A stretch of 64,000 bases of DNA from Cyanophora paradoxa CCMP329 (taxonomy: Eukaryota; Plantae; Glaucophyta), in NCBI GenBank assembly GCA_004431415.1, contig QPMI01000183.1, forward strand, positions 1 through 64,000, given 5' to 3'. Below, in pieces: positions 23,001-36,428 of the stretch; the stretch's first letter is position 1, and each line of letters starts with the position of its first letter. The translations under genes were made by a program, and so were the position numbers. The notes beneath the pieces are model-generated. The model searched no databases. It was not told the origin of the DNA and saw only the letters and a program-made list of their open reading frames with translations.

Positions 23001-26000
23001 GCTTATAACTACCTGTCCGAGCACATCCGTGCGCGCACTGCTCACCTCCGCCGCCGCGAGACTCGACGCATTCTCCACCAGATCGAACGTCAGACCCGCA
23101 AGGCGCGCCGGGAGGAACGCCAGCGCCGTCGAGACGCGCTCGCGGCTCTCGGGCCCCACGTTCCCGCTCTCGCCGGCCTCCCGATCGCCCAACGCATGGA
23201 GAGGGTACTGAATGATGCGTACGACCGGGATAACCACCGAGCCGACCGCCTCGCCGCAGCGGCGCTCGCCCTGCACCCCTGCGCCCCGTTCTCCAAGGTC
23301 TGCAGCGATGGCCACGGCCTCAATGCCTGGGCTGACGTCGAGAGCGCCACCTGGCAGGCAGATCCCGCAGTCGCATCCGACCCCGCCGCCTCGGCTGCCG
23401 CAAAACGTGCATGGCTAGCACGGTGTGAGCCCCTCTTCCCCCCCGGCGGGTTCGAGTTCGTCCTCCTCTTCTCACCCCCACGCAGGAGCCTGGAGGGGTA
23501 CGACTCCCGCAGAGCGTACCGCGTCGAGTCCGACCCCCGGGCCCACGTCCGCGCCGTCTGCGAAATGCGTAACTTCGTGCGGCTGACGTCGCTTGAATCC
23601 TCGTGGCTCGGCGCCCCGGCCGACCGGGCACGGCTCGCGCGCGAATTCCGTAAGCCAGGCGCCTCCCGCAATGCGTCAGCCCCGTTCAATGCCCGCCTTG
23701 CGCAGCTCACCAAATTCAGCATGGAACTCGCGCCCCTCCTACCTGTCCGTGCCCGCGATGCCCCTCACCTCTACGGCAATATCAACCCACATGGCCTGTG
23801 CGTACGCCCTGGATGCGCTCGCGTCGCCGACGCCTCCGGCGGTCCCATCCCGGCACCCCCCTGGGCACCGAGGCGCGACCCAGGAGCCGCCGCAACCGCA
23901 GACCGCGACCCCCCGCCGGCGCTCCACAGCGCGAGCCAACCCGAGACCCACGACCACGCCTTCGGCCTATGTTCGGCATCGCAAGCTGTCCGGCTCGCTA
24001 TGCAATCCAAGATTTACAACCTCCTCCACACAACGATCACCACGCAGAGACTGAAGTCGACTGCAACGCGGTACGAGCTCCCGGACGGCCTGAAGTCGGA
24101 TGGCCTGTTCCTCCGCGACCTATTTCCCGCCTTCGCCCTCGCTGACGAACGCCGCTGGCGTCAGACCGCGCACGAACGCTCGCGACCCGGGCCTGTACCC
24201 CCCCACCTCCGTGCATGTATCTACGGCTCCTCCTCTCGCTGGCTGACTCACGGACAGGCCCTTTTCACCGACCTCTCGCACGACTCGCCCCGCCTGTCCG
24301 TCCGGCTGCTCCTTCCCCGCAGCCTGGTACCGGCCCTCGAGTACCTTCATGTCCGCGCCCCCGCTGCTCGTAAATGCGCGAACGGGATCTTTGATGTACT
24401 TGTGACCGGGCTCCAGGACATTTGGCAGGCGCGAAACTCGGACGTCCAAGCCTGGCAGCGCCGCTGTGGCCTCACGCGTCGGACTCTGACGGCGCCCCGA
24501 CCCCCGCCAGCAACAGACCCCGCGGCCCGCCGAAGAAGCCGCCGCGCCCGGGAGACACGCCCTCAGCCGGACCCGAACCCGCAGCCCGCACCCGTAGTGC
24601 CGGTCAGTAGTATTCCGGTACCCCCAAGCGTACCGGAACGCGCCCGTCTCCAGCCAATGGCAGCGACAGCGCGCGATGCGCACTCAGCAGTAGGCCGGTC
24701 GAGCACAGACCGTCCAGCTTGCCCGCCCTCCCCGCCCGACGCCCATGACCGGATGAATGTCGCCGCAGACAGCCCGCACAGCCCGCCCACGAACCTCAAA
24801 GCAACCTCGCGATCGGACGCCCCTCCCGTAAGCTCAGCCCCCCGGCTTAACCCTCCACCCCCCCCGAGCCCCCCAGCGCCTCACCCGCCGGAGCCCCTGC
24901 ACCCACCCTTGCCCGCGGCCCCGACCCGCCCGCAGCCCAGCCCGTGGCCCCCCCTGCCGCCGTCCGAAGAGGTCCGCCTCGCGTGGGCACAGACCCGACC
25001 CGGCCCGCTAAAGCCTGCGCAGGAAGTACTCCGACAGATCTCCTCGCCGCTGCTCGGTACCTCGGGCAGCATCAACGTCACGCGGAGATCTCTCAGTCGG
25101 CTCAATGGTGAGACCTGGTTAGACGACGAGACCGTTGTCTTCTACCTCGCCCTCCTCGCTCACCTCCCTGCCCCGGCCCGCCGTCCACTAATCTTTGACT
25201 CGCTCGAGTACCCCAACCTCTCCGCGCCAGGCCGAGGCCCCCAGCGCCTTCACAACAAGCTGGTAGCCCGCGGGGTCAGCCCGTTCGACTTCGATGTCCT
25301 GCTCTTCCCGATCCACTCACCGGGCCACTGGAACTTCGCTGCGATCCACGTACGTGACCGTCGAGCCGAACTCTATGATGCCTACAACCTGCCAAACGCA
25401 GAGTCGGCTCGAGAGAAGCTGGCCCCAATTCTCCGCTGGCTCCAGCTCGAGCGCCGGGAACGCAACCTCCCCTCAGACGACCCCACCGCCTGGCCGCTTG
25501 CATCGGCCACCAGGTACCCCATCCCCGAACAACGGGACCGCTTCAGCTGCGGTGTAATTGTCTGTGCCCTAGCAGACGCCCTGGTCCGGGGCCAAGAAGA
25601 CGTGCTCACGGACCCCAACTCGCCCTTCGATGGCAGTAGCCGGTGCTGCGCCCACTGGCGCAGCCTCATCCTCACCCGAATCCTAGCCACAAGCCAACGG
25701 CCCCCAGCACCCGGGCCCGGCCCCAGAGGTCCGCCCCAGCCCCCTCCGGCTCCGGCTCCACCCTCGCCGCCGCGTGCCCCCGACCCCCCGCCCCCCCAAC
25801 GCCCCGCCCCGCGCCCCGCCTCGCTTCGCCTACCTCCGACAGGCCGACCGGAGGCGCCAGGCCCTCCCTCCCGACTAGGCGCCGGCACAGCTCGATCCGG
25901 CAAGGGCCGCGGCAAAGGCCGCGGCAGAGGGACGACCGTGGCGATGCGCCCCCTCCAATCCTACTTCCGGTCCGCGGTCGGTCTCTCCCCCGTTCCCCCC

Positions 26001-27310
26001 GGCCCCGACTCGCAACTGCCCCCTCCCCCTCCGGACTCCCCGCCGCCCCTGCCCCCAGCGGACCCTCCGTCACCCCCGGCCCCTCCCCCTCGCCCGCCCG
26101 ACCGGCCCCTCCACCGTCCCCGGCCCCGTCTCCCCCCCCCTCCCCCCAGCCCCCTCCCCCCACACCGCCCAGCCTCCTCCCCTCCCTGCAGCCCAACCTC
26201 GCGACCCCGCCGCCTCACGCGCCGCGAGCGTGAGCTGGCCGCCCTCCGTGACTCGGCCGGCTTCACCTCCGCCCGCAACAATCTTCCTGCACGTGGAGAC
26301 CGCGGAGCCCGACGTGCAGGTCCGGCTGTCCCAGCCCCTGACCCACAGGACCGCCCCCCCCCGCACCCCCCCGCCTCGGCGAGCCTCTCTGACCCCCCCA
26401 CACCGCCGTCACCCATCGAACCGCAAGACCGACCCCGCCCAGCCAGCCCCGCGCCCCCCGCCGCTGGGCCCCCCCACCACCGCCGGCGCCGCCCCCGGTC
26501 CCCGCACCGCCGCCCCCATTCGAGTTTTCCGCCCGCGCCCGCCAGCTCCACCCCGAGGCACTCCCGCCCCCAGACCGATGCCCCCTCTGCCTACATCCCC
26601 TGGGCCGTCACCGCCGTCTCCGCCGAGCCCCGTACCCCCTTCTCTGCCCCCCAAGGTACCACCCCCTGCTCCACCGCGGCGACCTCATCCAGTCCCTCCT
26701 CATCTTCGGCCTCTCCCCGCTGGGCTACAGACCCTGAGCCCGAAGTGTGCACTCCCTGCCCGCGCGCGCCGGGCTGACGCCACGCTCGCGCTTGAGAGGC
26801 CCGCTCCTTGAGGAGAGCAGGCCCCTCGGGCGTGGCCTGCCTGCCTGCGCCAGGTCCGGTCCCGCCCGCGCAGGTGCAGGCTTTTTTTTTTGTCGCGGTA
26901 TTAATTCAGCTCAAGCATCCATCCTACTGCTATCAGAACAAGGGTTTAGTGTGGCACATATACGTAACGAGCACTAGCTAGGCTAAGTGAAAGTTAGAGT
27001 ATATGGGCTACGCTAGACCTAGTCTAAGAGGAGTGGTATATGCTGTTGCTAAAAGTTCCTCACTGGATGTTACTCCGCACCGCTGACGGGCAAAGTTCTA
27101 GGTTCCGAGGGCACGAAGGCCGGGTTGTATTCTGCTGAGGCAGAACCCTCCCCTAGAAGTTTTTCTCCATACCTCCGCGCTCGATGGCATTGGTAGAGGG
27201 AGAAATCTGTCGCTCAGACTAACCTAGGGTTAGCTTTGCGAAGGTCCGCCCGTCCGCGGCGTAAGGTACACCAAGCCCGTCGCCCATGCCCTTTTGTTTT
27301 GAATACTGAA
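20095..27310 (+). mobile_element. 5'-truncated non-LTR retrotransposon: RT, RNase H, Zn knuckle, Ulp1/C48 protease, Pro-rich tail; one frameshift near 22080-22100
   Basis: Intronless. Frame open from 20095: GLPQGGTESP, QAYADD, FKFLGVWF. RNase H ATDAS/NNKGELLA/KTDSS/KVKAH/NHRADRLA; CVRPGC...ETHDHAFGLC; WLDDETV...PIHSPGHW...LYDAY...EQRDRFSCG; stop at 26777. The 3' boundary is approximate and no TSD was found. Confidence 0.92.
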
Positions 27311-27609
27311 AGTAATCAAATCGGGAACAAGCGAGTACTATGGGTTTCCGCCATATTACGCCGGAGCGCGCCGACTGCTCTGTTGAGCGCCCTAGAGCTG
27401 AGTATCTGAATTGGAATGAGGCTAGGATATCTGAAAACCGCGGCGCTTGCGATTGCAGGGAAAGCGGCGAGAGGATAGCTTCTTATCTTATGCAGCTAGT
27501 CGTAACAAGGTCTGATCGTGGGGTCCATCAAGAAAAGAAAGAAGAGGCTATCTCGAAGGAGCTCATCGCCTCTTGCTCAGCAGCTATCCTCTACATCTCA
27601 ATCTAGTCC

Positions 27610-28092
27610 CACTCGTCATCGTCGGTCATCCGCTGGACCGGGGTCCAGCCGGCGCAGGTGCAGGCTGCCACGCCGCTGGCAGCCTGCAGGGCGGGACCCG
27701 CCGCCGGATGGGGGGCCCCAACCCCTCCCTCGGGGGCCCCGCGCCCGGCGGCGCTCGCACCGCAGAGGCGGTGCGCAATAAATCCTCCGGGGCCCTGCCC
27801 CGATAAACTCTCCGGCCCCAGCTCCCCACCCCCAACCCCACCCCCCCAATGGCCGCGCTCGCGCGGCCGCTGGGGGAGGCCCCACCGAGGGCCGCAAGAG
27901 TGGCCTTAGGGGGTAGGGCTCGCAGTAGGGAGACTCCCTCGGGGTTAGTCTAGCTGGAGACCCAATAGGGGGGAGGTAAGCTAGACTTGTCGTGTGTTTG
28001 TAGGCTTAGGCCTAGGGTAGGCAGATAGCATTAGCTGTTTGTCAACTTGGGGCGCCACCCCTAATACACTGGGGATTACTGAAAAAAAGAAA
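27610..28092 (+). mobile_element. Possible 3' remnant of a second non-LTR element (Pro-rich ORF end, 3'UTR stem-loop, A-rich tail)
   Basis: ORF stop at 27909; AGTCTAGCT...AGCTAGACT inverted repeat at 27947-27987; ends GATTACTGAAAAAAAGAAA, similar to GAATACTGAAA at 27301. Confidence 0.35.
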
Positions 28093-28130
28093 TTTCCCTC
28101 TCGCGAGATCTTATTGGTAGAACTGCCGCC

Positions 28131-28256
28131 TTGACACCCCTTAGTCGTTGGTTCGACTCCGGCTGGGTCCGGTTGACACCCCTTAGTCGTTGGTTCGACT
28201 CCGGCTGGGTCCGGTTGACACCCCTTAGTCGTTGGTTCGACTCCGGCTGGGTCCGG
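28131..28256 (+). repeat. Three perfect tandem copies of a 42-bp tRNA 3'-half (tRNA-Tyr-like, B-box)
   Basis: Unit TTGACACCCCTTAGTCGTTGGTTCGACTCCGGCTGGGTCCGG with T-arm GTTGG-TTCGACT-CCGGC. An A-box/D-loop-like TTGGTAGA lies at 28114. Confidence 0.85.
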
Positions 28257-29768
28257 GTCGCAACGCGTCCATAACACCAGCTACAGGAGATGCGCATGCC
28301 GAGGCGGGCGGCCCCTGCTGCTGGGACGGACCCCATGACCTCGCTCATGATCAGTCCGAGGCCGCACGCGTACGCGCAGCACCGTCTCTCGATCTGCGCA
28401 GTGTATCCGTCGGCCATGGCCCAAAAATCCTAGCTATGTCTTCGTCCGAGCACGCGTACGTGCACGCAATATATTAATGGCGGCAAGGCGCCGGCTAGGG
28501 CGGCGCACCGATCATGTCTAGATCTCGATGTGGATCGCCGCGCGCAGCTGCCACTCGAACTGGGCTGCGGCCCTCGGCCCAACGCTTACGGCCGCGGGGT
28601 CGGGCTGGGCCGGGGCCGAAGCGCCGCGCGTCAAGCTGAAGCTTGCAGCTGGCTATCGGGCGCCGTGCACAATGCACGCGCAGTCGATTCTAGATCGACG
28701 ACCCTGCAGCTGGTTACCAGCCGTGGCGCCGGCCGCACGAGACGGGCACGCGCGGGCCGGGAATGTCGAACCTACTGTACCTTAGCTTCCTTGCTGAACG
28801 CTTTGTCGTTGAGGTCGGCTCGCCTGAAGAGCGAGGTCCTGATGCCCTATGTCCGCACACTCGTCTGGATCTTGATCTTGAAGCTTGCTGGAGGCCGCTG
28901 GGCCATGGGCTTCGTAAGCTCGACTAGCTGCTAGGCTAGTTGCCTCAACACATGGGCTGCCTAGGCCTCCGATATGCCATGATGCAGCAGCTGCGCCGTT
29001 TCTTCGGAGGCTTGGACGGAAGCACGCCTAGCGCCTCCGCCACACCCGCGAGCTCGAGAGACCTACAGCTAGTTCCCTCGTTTTCTTCCTACGCGCTGCG
29101 GCCGCGGGCATGCACTAGTACTGCTGCGCGCGCATGCCATGGCCATGAATACGCCGCACCGGGGCGGCACCGCTGCTGCTGAGGTTGCGCAGCCTGTCTC
29201 AGAGTCTCACTGAGACAACGCTGTCGATCTGTACTATGTACGTCGCCCACGACTCGGCCACGAATTCGAATCCCACTGATAATGTGACCGATTCCGGGAT
29301 CCCAATTTCCCACGATCGCTGCGCCGCCGGCCGCGCGCCGGCGCCGCGCGCGGGGAAGCAAGAGGCGTACTCTATTAAACAGCGCTTCAGTGCAGCAATC
29401 GACTCGCTCTGTTCGATCTCCTTCGATGGTAAGTGCGTCCCCGATCGCGATCGCGAAATTTCGCTCCGATCCTACCGCCGGCTACCGGGTATACGGCGGG
29501 TACCGCGCATCGGCCTTGGCTGCGCTAGCGCGGGCGCGGGCGCGGGCGCCAGCGCGGCAGCGCCTGCCGCCGCTGCCGGCGCCGCGGCGGCAGGCGCCGC
29601 CGCGCCGGCAGCTACAGGCCTCAGTACTGGGCAGAATGCTGGCCATGGTTGCAAAAGCGGGATCCTACCCTACAGGCTACAGCTACTGGTGTGCAGGGGG
29701 CGGGCGGCCCAGGCGACTGGGGCCGAGAGGAGGGGAGGGGGGCGGGCGAGGCAGGGGCCCCCGGGCGC

Positions 29769-32239
29769 TCAGACGCGCTCGGAGCTGCTGCTGGGGCCCG
29801 AGAAGAGGGCCGTCTTCTGGTCGAGGCGCGCCGAGTAGGCCCCGGCCCCGCTGCGTCCGGCCGGCACCGGCACTGCAGCAGGCGTCTCAGCGGGGCGCGG
29901 GGGCCGGCGCGGCCGCGAGGGCGGCCGGGGCGCACTGAAGACGAAGATGAGGGTGTAGACGTAGAAGTTGAGGACGGCGAGGAACGAGAGGAACTTCGCC
30001 GCTGCGGGCGAGTCGGCCGCCCGCCCCGGGGGCGGACGAGGGGCTGGGGCGGGGGCGGGGCGGCGGACGGGAGTCGATGAGGGGCCCGATGCCGTTGAGG
30101 TAGATGCCGAGGGCGGTCGCGATGAAGACGGCGAGCGAGAGCACGCACAGGAACTTGAAGCCCGTCGGCGTCTGCGCCCCCGCCCCGTCCCGTCCCCGCG
30201 TCGGCCCCGCCGCCCCGGCGGGCGCCGGCGGGGGCGGGGGCGGGGCGCGCCTGGGGGATGTTGCGGAGCTCGCCAACGATGCGGAAGGAGAGGTAGGCGA
30301 TCCAGCAGAGGTAGATCAGCATGAGCACCGTCAGGGCGCCCACCACGTACTGCCGGCCCCCGCGTGAGGCGCCACGGGGGGCGGGGCGGGGCGGGCGGTG
30401 GCGGACGGGGAAGGCGGAGAAGTCGGTGTAGGCGAGGTAGGCGGGGTCGCTGATCTGGTGGAACATGTCCAGCGTGAAGAGCGAGATCAGGATGACCTGC
30501 CCGGCGTCAGCGCGTCCACGGCGCCGGCTGGGGACCTCTCCAAGGGGGGCGGGGCGGGGCGCGCGGGGGGCACCCAGATGGTGGAGACGAGGAGGAGCTT
30601 GGGGAGGTAGAAGGAGAGGAAGGTGCGCTTCGCCTCGTCCTCCATGATCGAGTCCGCCACCAGCAGCCACACCAGCATCAGGCACGCCACGAACGAGACC
30701 TGCGCGGGGCGCCCGCCTCGCCGGGGCGCCCGCCCGGCGCGTGCGGGGGCCGGGGCGGGCGCGCCTGGAAGAGGTTCGTGATGAAGGGGAAGACCCACGA
30801 GTCGACGAGCAGGTCGCAGATGAAGATGGGGTCTGCTCGAGCCGTCGGGGGCGCCGGGAAGCGGGCGGGGCGGGGCGGGGAGGGGGCGACGAGCAGGGCG
30901 CACTGTTGAAGGCGATGCACGCGAGCGCCAGCATGCCGACCCAGCTGCAAAGCGGGTGGAGTCACGACGGGGCGCGCGGGGCGGGGAAGGGGCCGGCGGA
31001 CCGCTGCTCGGGGATCCAGTCCCGCGCGGCGTACGGCCGCATCGACTGGAGGCCGACGCCGACGCAGACCAGCGTCACCAGCAGGAACGAGTACCTGCCG
31101 CCGCCCCGCGCGCCCGCTTGTGCGCCGCCCCCGGGCCACCGGGGCGGGGAGGCGGCCCAGGGGCACCTCGCCACGAGCTCGAAGAGCGTGTACTGCTTGT
31201 TCGTGAAGAGGAACTGCACGGCAGCGCCGCCGGGTGGGCCCAGCGCGGGGCGAGCGGCACGCGCGGCGGCGAGGCGGGCACCTGGAAGCCGAGGGAGGAG
31301 AGGAAGTCGACTTCGCTCGCGAAGTTGTCGACGGTGACCGTCACGAGGTACTCCCGGTAGTGCAGGAAGCTCTCCTGCGCCCGCCCCGCGCTCAGATCCG
31401 ACCGGGCGGCGCGGCGCGGCGCAGCCCGCACCTGCATGATCGGGATGAGCTCGCACCGCGGCTTCCCCTGCGCTCGCCCTGTCAGCGGCGGCGGGCGGCG
31501 GGCGAGCCGGGCGGCGGGCGGCTGCCGCGCCTGCATGCAGTTGATGGTGCGCTGCTTCTTGGAGCCCTTCACGATCGGCGTCCAGGGCTCGCTGCTCGAG
31601 GAGCGCCCCGAGAGGTCGATGTAGAAGGTCCCCAGCTTGGAGAAGCCTGCCCGGCGCGCTCGGCGACGCGCATGCTTGGAGAGGGGTGATGCGGGAACAT
31701 GCGCCGCGCACCGGCGACGTCCGACTTTTTGTTGAACGGGTAGGCGCTGACGACGAACCTCCTGTTCCACTGGTCCATGTTCCGCAGCGTCGCCTCGAAG
31801 GTCCACTTGTCGCCGGGGTTTGCCGGCAGCTGATACATCTGAAGCTCACTGTCCGCGTCTCCTATGTGCATCTGGGGGCCTGCGCGTGCGGCGGCGGCTC
31901 GTCACCCAAGGAGGACCTTGCCCTCGGTGGCGGCAAACCGTAGATTCCGATGACCACGGTCGCAGCAACGAGAGTTCCGAACACGAGAACCGTCAGCGCC
32001 ACGCCGGACATCGACAGCTTCTCAATCCGGAGTGTGAGCGACGGAGCCCTACCACGCGCGGTGTTAGCTACGAGCTCAAAGCACAAGCATGCATGCTAAC
32101 GCGATGCGTGACAGCGTCGGGGCGTTCGGTGCGACGGGCCGCGTCGCCGGTTTAAAATGCCCGCCACTCGCCATCCGCCCGCTCGGGGCGTGTCACCGGC
32201 GCCGCGAACGCACCCTCGGGGGCTCGTGTACTCCATCAT
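29769..32239 (-). CDS. TMEM181: Transmembrane protein 181 (Wntless-like family)
   Basis: LTLRIEKLS...VVIGIYG; FTNKQYTLFELVAR/YSFLL; DWIPEQR/WVGML; RTFLSFYLPKLLLV. Many short introns, several with GC donors. Confidence 0.88.
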
Positions 32240-32306
32240 CTTGCCGCGACACCTCCCGCGCGAGCCGCCGAAGGTTGTAGATCCTTGTACCCCTCAAAGT
32301 CTAACG

Positions 32307-34297
<1,991 letters not shown>

Positions 34298-34599
34298 TAG
34301 CGCTGCAGGTCTGACGCCGCAGGGCTCAGGGCCGGCTGCAAATTCCAGGGCATGATCAGCTTGTGCGGCCTGCTAGGATCCGGATGGCAGTTGGCCCCGG
34401 TAGTGCTGCAGTATCCATCCCCCCGCTGCCCGATCGCGAATTTCAGAATCGGAGACCCTCTCGCAGTCGCAGTCAAGTCTACCCGGTACCCCAAGCCACG
34501 CCAAGTCCGGTCCATTGCCACCCGGCTCAACTTGGCAAGGCAGAGTGTACACGTGCTGCGCGAGCAGTCTGGTGGCCGGTCTGGGAGGCCGCCGCGGGG

Positions 34600-36137
34600 C
34601 TAGTAGCCGAGGAAGCGGGCGAGGATGTCGTTGACTGGGGCGCCGATCAGAGGGGCGCGAGGGGGGCGGCGGGGCGGGGGCGGGGCGGGCGGGGCGCGCC
34701 GAAGACGAACTGCCTGCCGGCGTCGGGGTCGGGGAAGGCCTCTGCGCCCCGCGCCGCCAGCGCCGCCCGGTTGTTCTTGAACTCGCCGAGCCCCAGCAGC
34801 GAGCCGGCCCGCTCCGGGTCTGCGGCGCCAGCGCCCTCAGCGCTGCGGTGAGCGGGGCGGGCGGGGCGACGGGGGCGCGGGGGCACCCCAGCTGGAGCTG
34901 AAGACGCCGTAGATGGCGCTGGCGGGGCCGAGGAGGGGGAAGGCGAGGGCGGCGACGCCGAGGGGGCCCCCGAGGAGGAACTCGAGGAGGGTCGCGTCGG
35001 CGCCGAGGGCGGCGGCCTCGGGGTTCGCCCCCGCCGCCCCCAGCGCCGCCAGCGCCTTCAACGCCGAGGCCCCCCCGAGCACGAGCGGGAAGGGCAGCAC
35101 CGCGAAGGTCCAGCCCCGCGCCAGCAGCCGCTTGAAGAGCCCTGCGCGGCGGCGGCCGGTCCGCGAGGCCCGCCGGCGGGAGGGCCGAGAGGGGCGGACC
35201 GGAGACGGCGACGGCGCGCTCGATCACGACCTGCACGGGGAGCGGGAGGGGCTCAGAGGGGAAACCGTGCACGTGCGGGGCGGGGGCGGCGGGGCGACAC
35301 CTTCTTGCGGGCGACGGAGGATTGGAGGGAGGCGATGCGGCTCTTCGTGTTCTCGATGCGCTTCCCGCGCTTCTTCCTGTTCGTCTCCTCGGCGTCGATG
35401 CGCTCAATCTCCCTGCCCAGCTCCTCCAGCGCCAGCATCACCTTCGGCGGGCATCACAGAGGCCCCGGGCTCGAGGCCGAGGCTAAACGACTCGCGGGCA
35501 GCTCGCTGCTGAGAGCTCGCTGACGTTCACCTTCGGCAAGTTCAACTTGTCTATCGCCTCCTGCTTCAGCAACCGCCCGTCCGCTGCCGCCGCCCCGCGC
35601 GTCAGCGAGTCAGCGGAGATCCGCGAGGCGCGGCGCGGAGCGCATCGGCTTGCTGGGCGAGCGCGCGGGGAGGGCGCCGGCCCCGGCAGCCGCACCGATC
35701 TTCTCCATCGCGCGGTCCAGGTCCGCTATCCGCTTCACGGCCTCCTCCACCTGTCGCGGCCCCGCTGAGGCCCGCGTCGCTCGGCGACTGGCGCTCTACC
35801 GCACCTCCGTGAGATCTGGAGCATCACGGGCGGCGAAGCGCACGCGTTAGCTACGCAGGGGCTCCAGCACGAGCAGGTTCGCACCAGCCTGTTCATCGGC
35901 GGGCGACTCGCTGGCTGCCAGGACTCGCACCGGCTCGTAAACGTGTCTCCGGGCACCACGGAAGGACCGGGCTGTCGCAGCCGGCGCCGACCCGAAGAAC
36001 GAACGCGCGCTGGCCTTGGGCGACGCGGTGGTCAACCGGATCTGCTGCTGCTGGGGGCAGGCGTGCGCATGCGTGATCGCCTGATGCTGCCGTTCCGCCC
36101 GCGACGCTACTGGGGAGGCCGTGACGAAGGTTGCCAT
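34600..36137 (-). CDS. Putative plastid-targeted coiled-coil/membrane protein of unknown function
   Basis: N-terminus MATFVTASPVAS... is Ser/Ala/Arg-rich and transit-peptide-like. 11-nt micro-exon at 35805-35815, coiled coil, hydrophobic segments, ending ...NDILARFLGY*. Confidence 0.65.
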
Positions 36138-36189
36138 CGATCTGCAATTTGATCCCCGAAAAATCGGGAAGGGGGGGAGAAGTAGATCG

Positions 36190-36264
36190 CGGCCTCCTCC
36201 GGCCACCTGTACATGTCGCGGCCCCGCTGAGGCCCGCGTCGCTCGGCGACTAGCGCTCTACCGC
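36190..36264. repeat. Short dispersed duplicate of intron plus exon flank 35738-35802, upstream of the same gene's ATG
   Basis: Identical apart from two insertions (CC-GG-CC, TGT-ACA-TGT) and one substitution. Confidence 0.9.
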
Positions 36265-36428
36265 GCCCAGCTGCAGTAAATGAGAAGTACATGTACACAA
36301 CTGGTAACAAGGCTGCGGCCCCCGTGTGCGGGGCCCGCGCCGGGGAAGCTGAAACTGCACAGTGCGAAGTGGAAAATGCGGCTCAGGGGTCGAGCTCGGG
36401 GCGCCGAGGCCGCCGGTCGCGCGGGCGG

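Noticed and set aside
20095-27310. LTR/DIRS retrotransposon
   Set aside because: No LTRs, integrase or tyrosine recombinase. The RT motifs (PQGG..SP, YADD, FLG) and 5' truncation are non-LTR type.
28131-28256. CRISPR array or functional tRNA gene
   Set aside because: The repeats are contiguous with no spacers and no cas genes. No complete cloverleaf can be built because the acceptor and anticodon stems do not pair.
29185-29640. Protein-coding gene (ORF 29185-29838)
   Set aside because: Looks like a palindrome-riddled fragment overlapping the TMEM181 3' end, with no recognisable domain or coherent exon chain.
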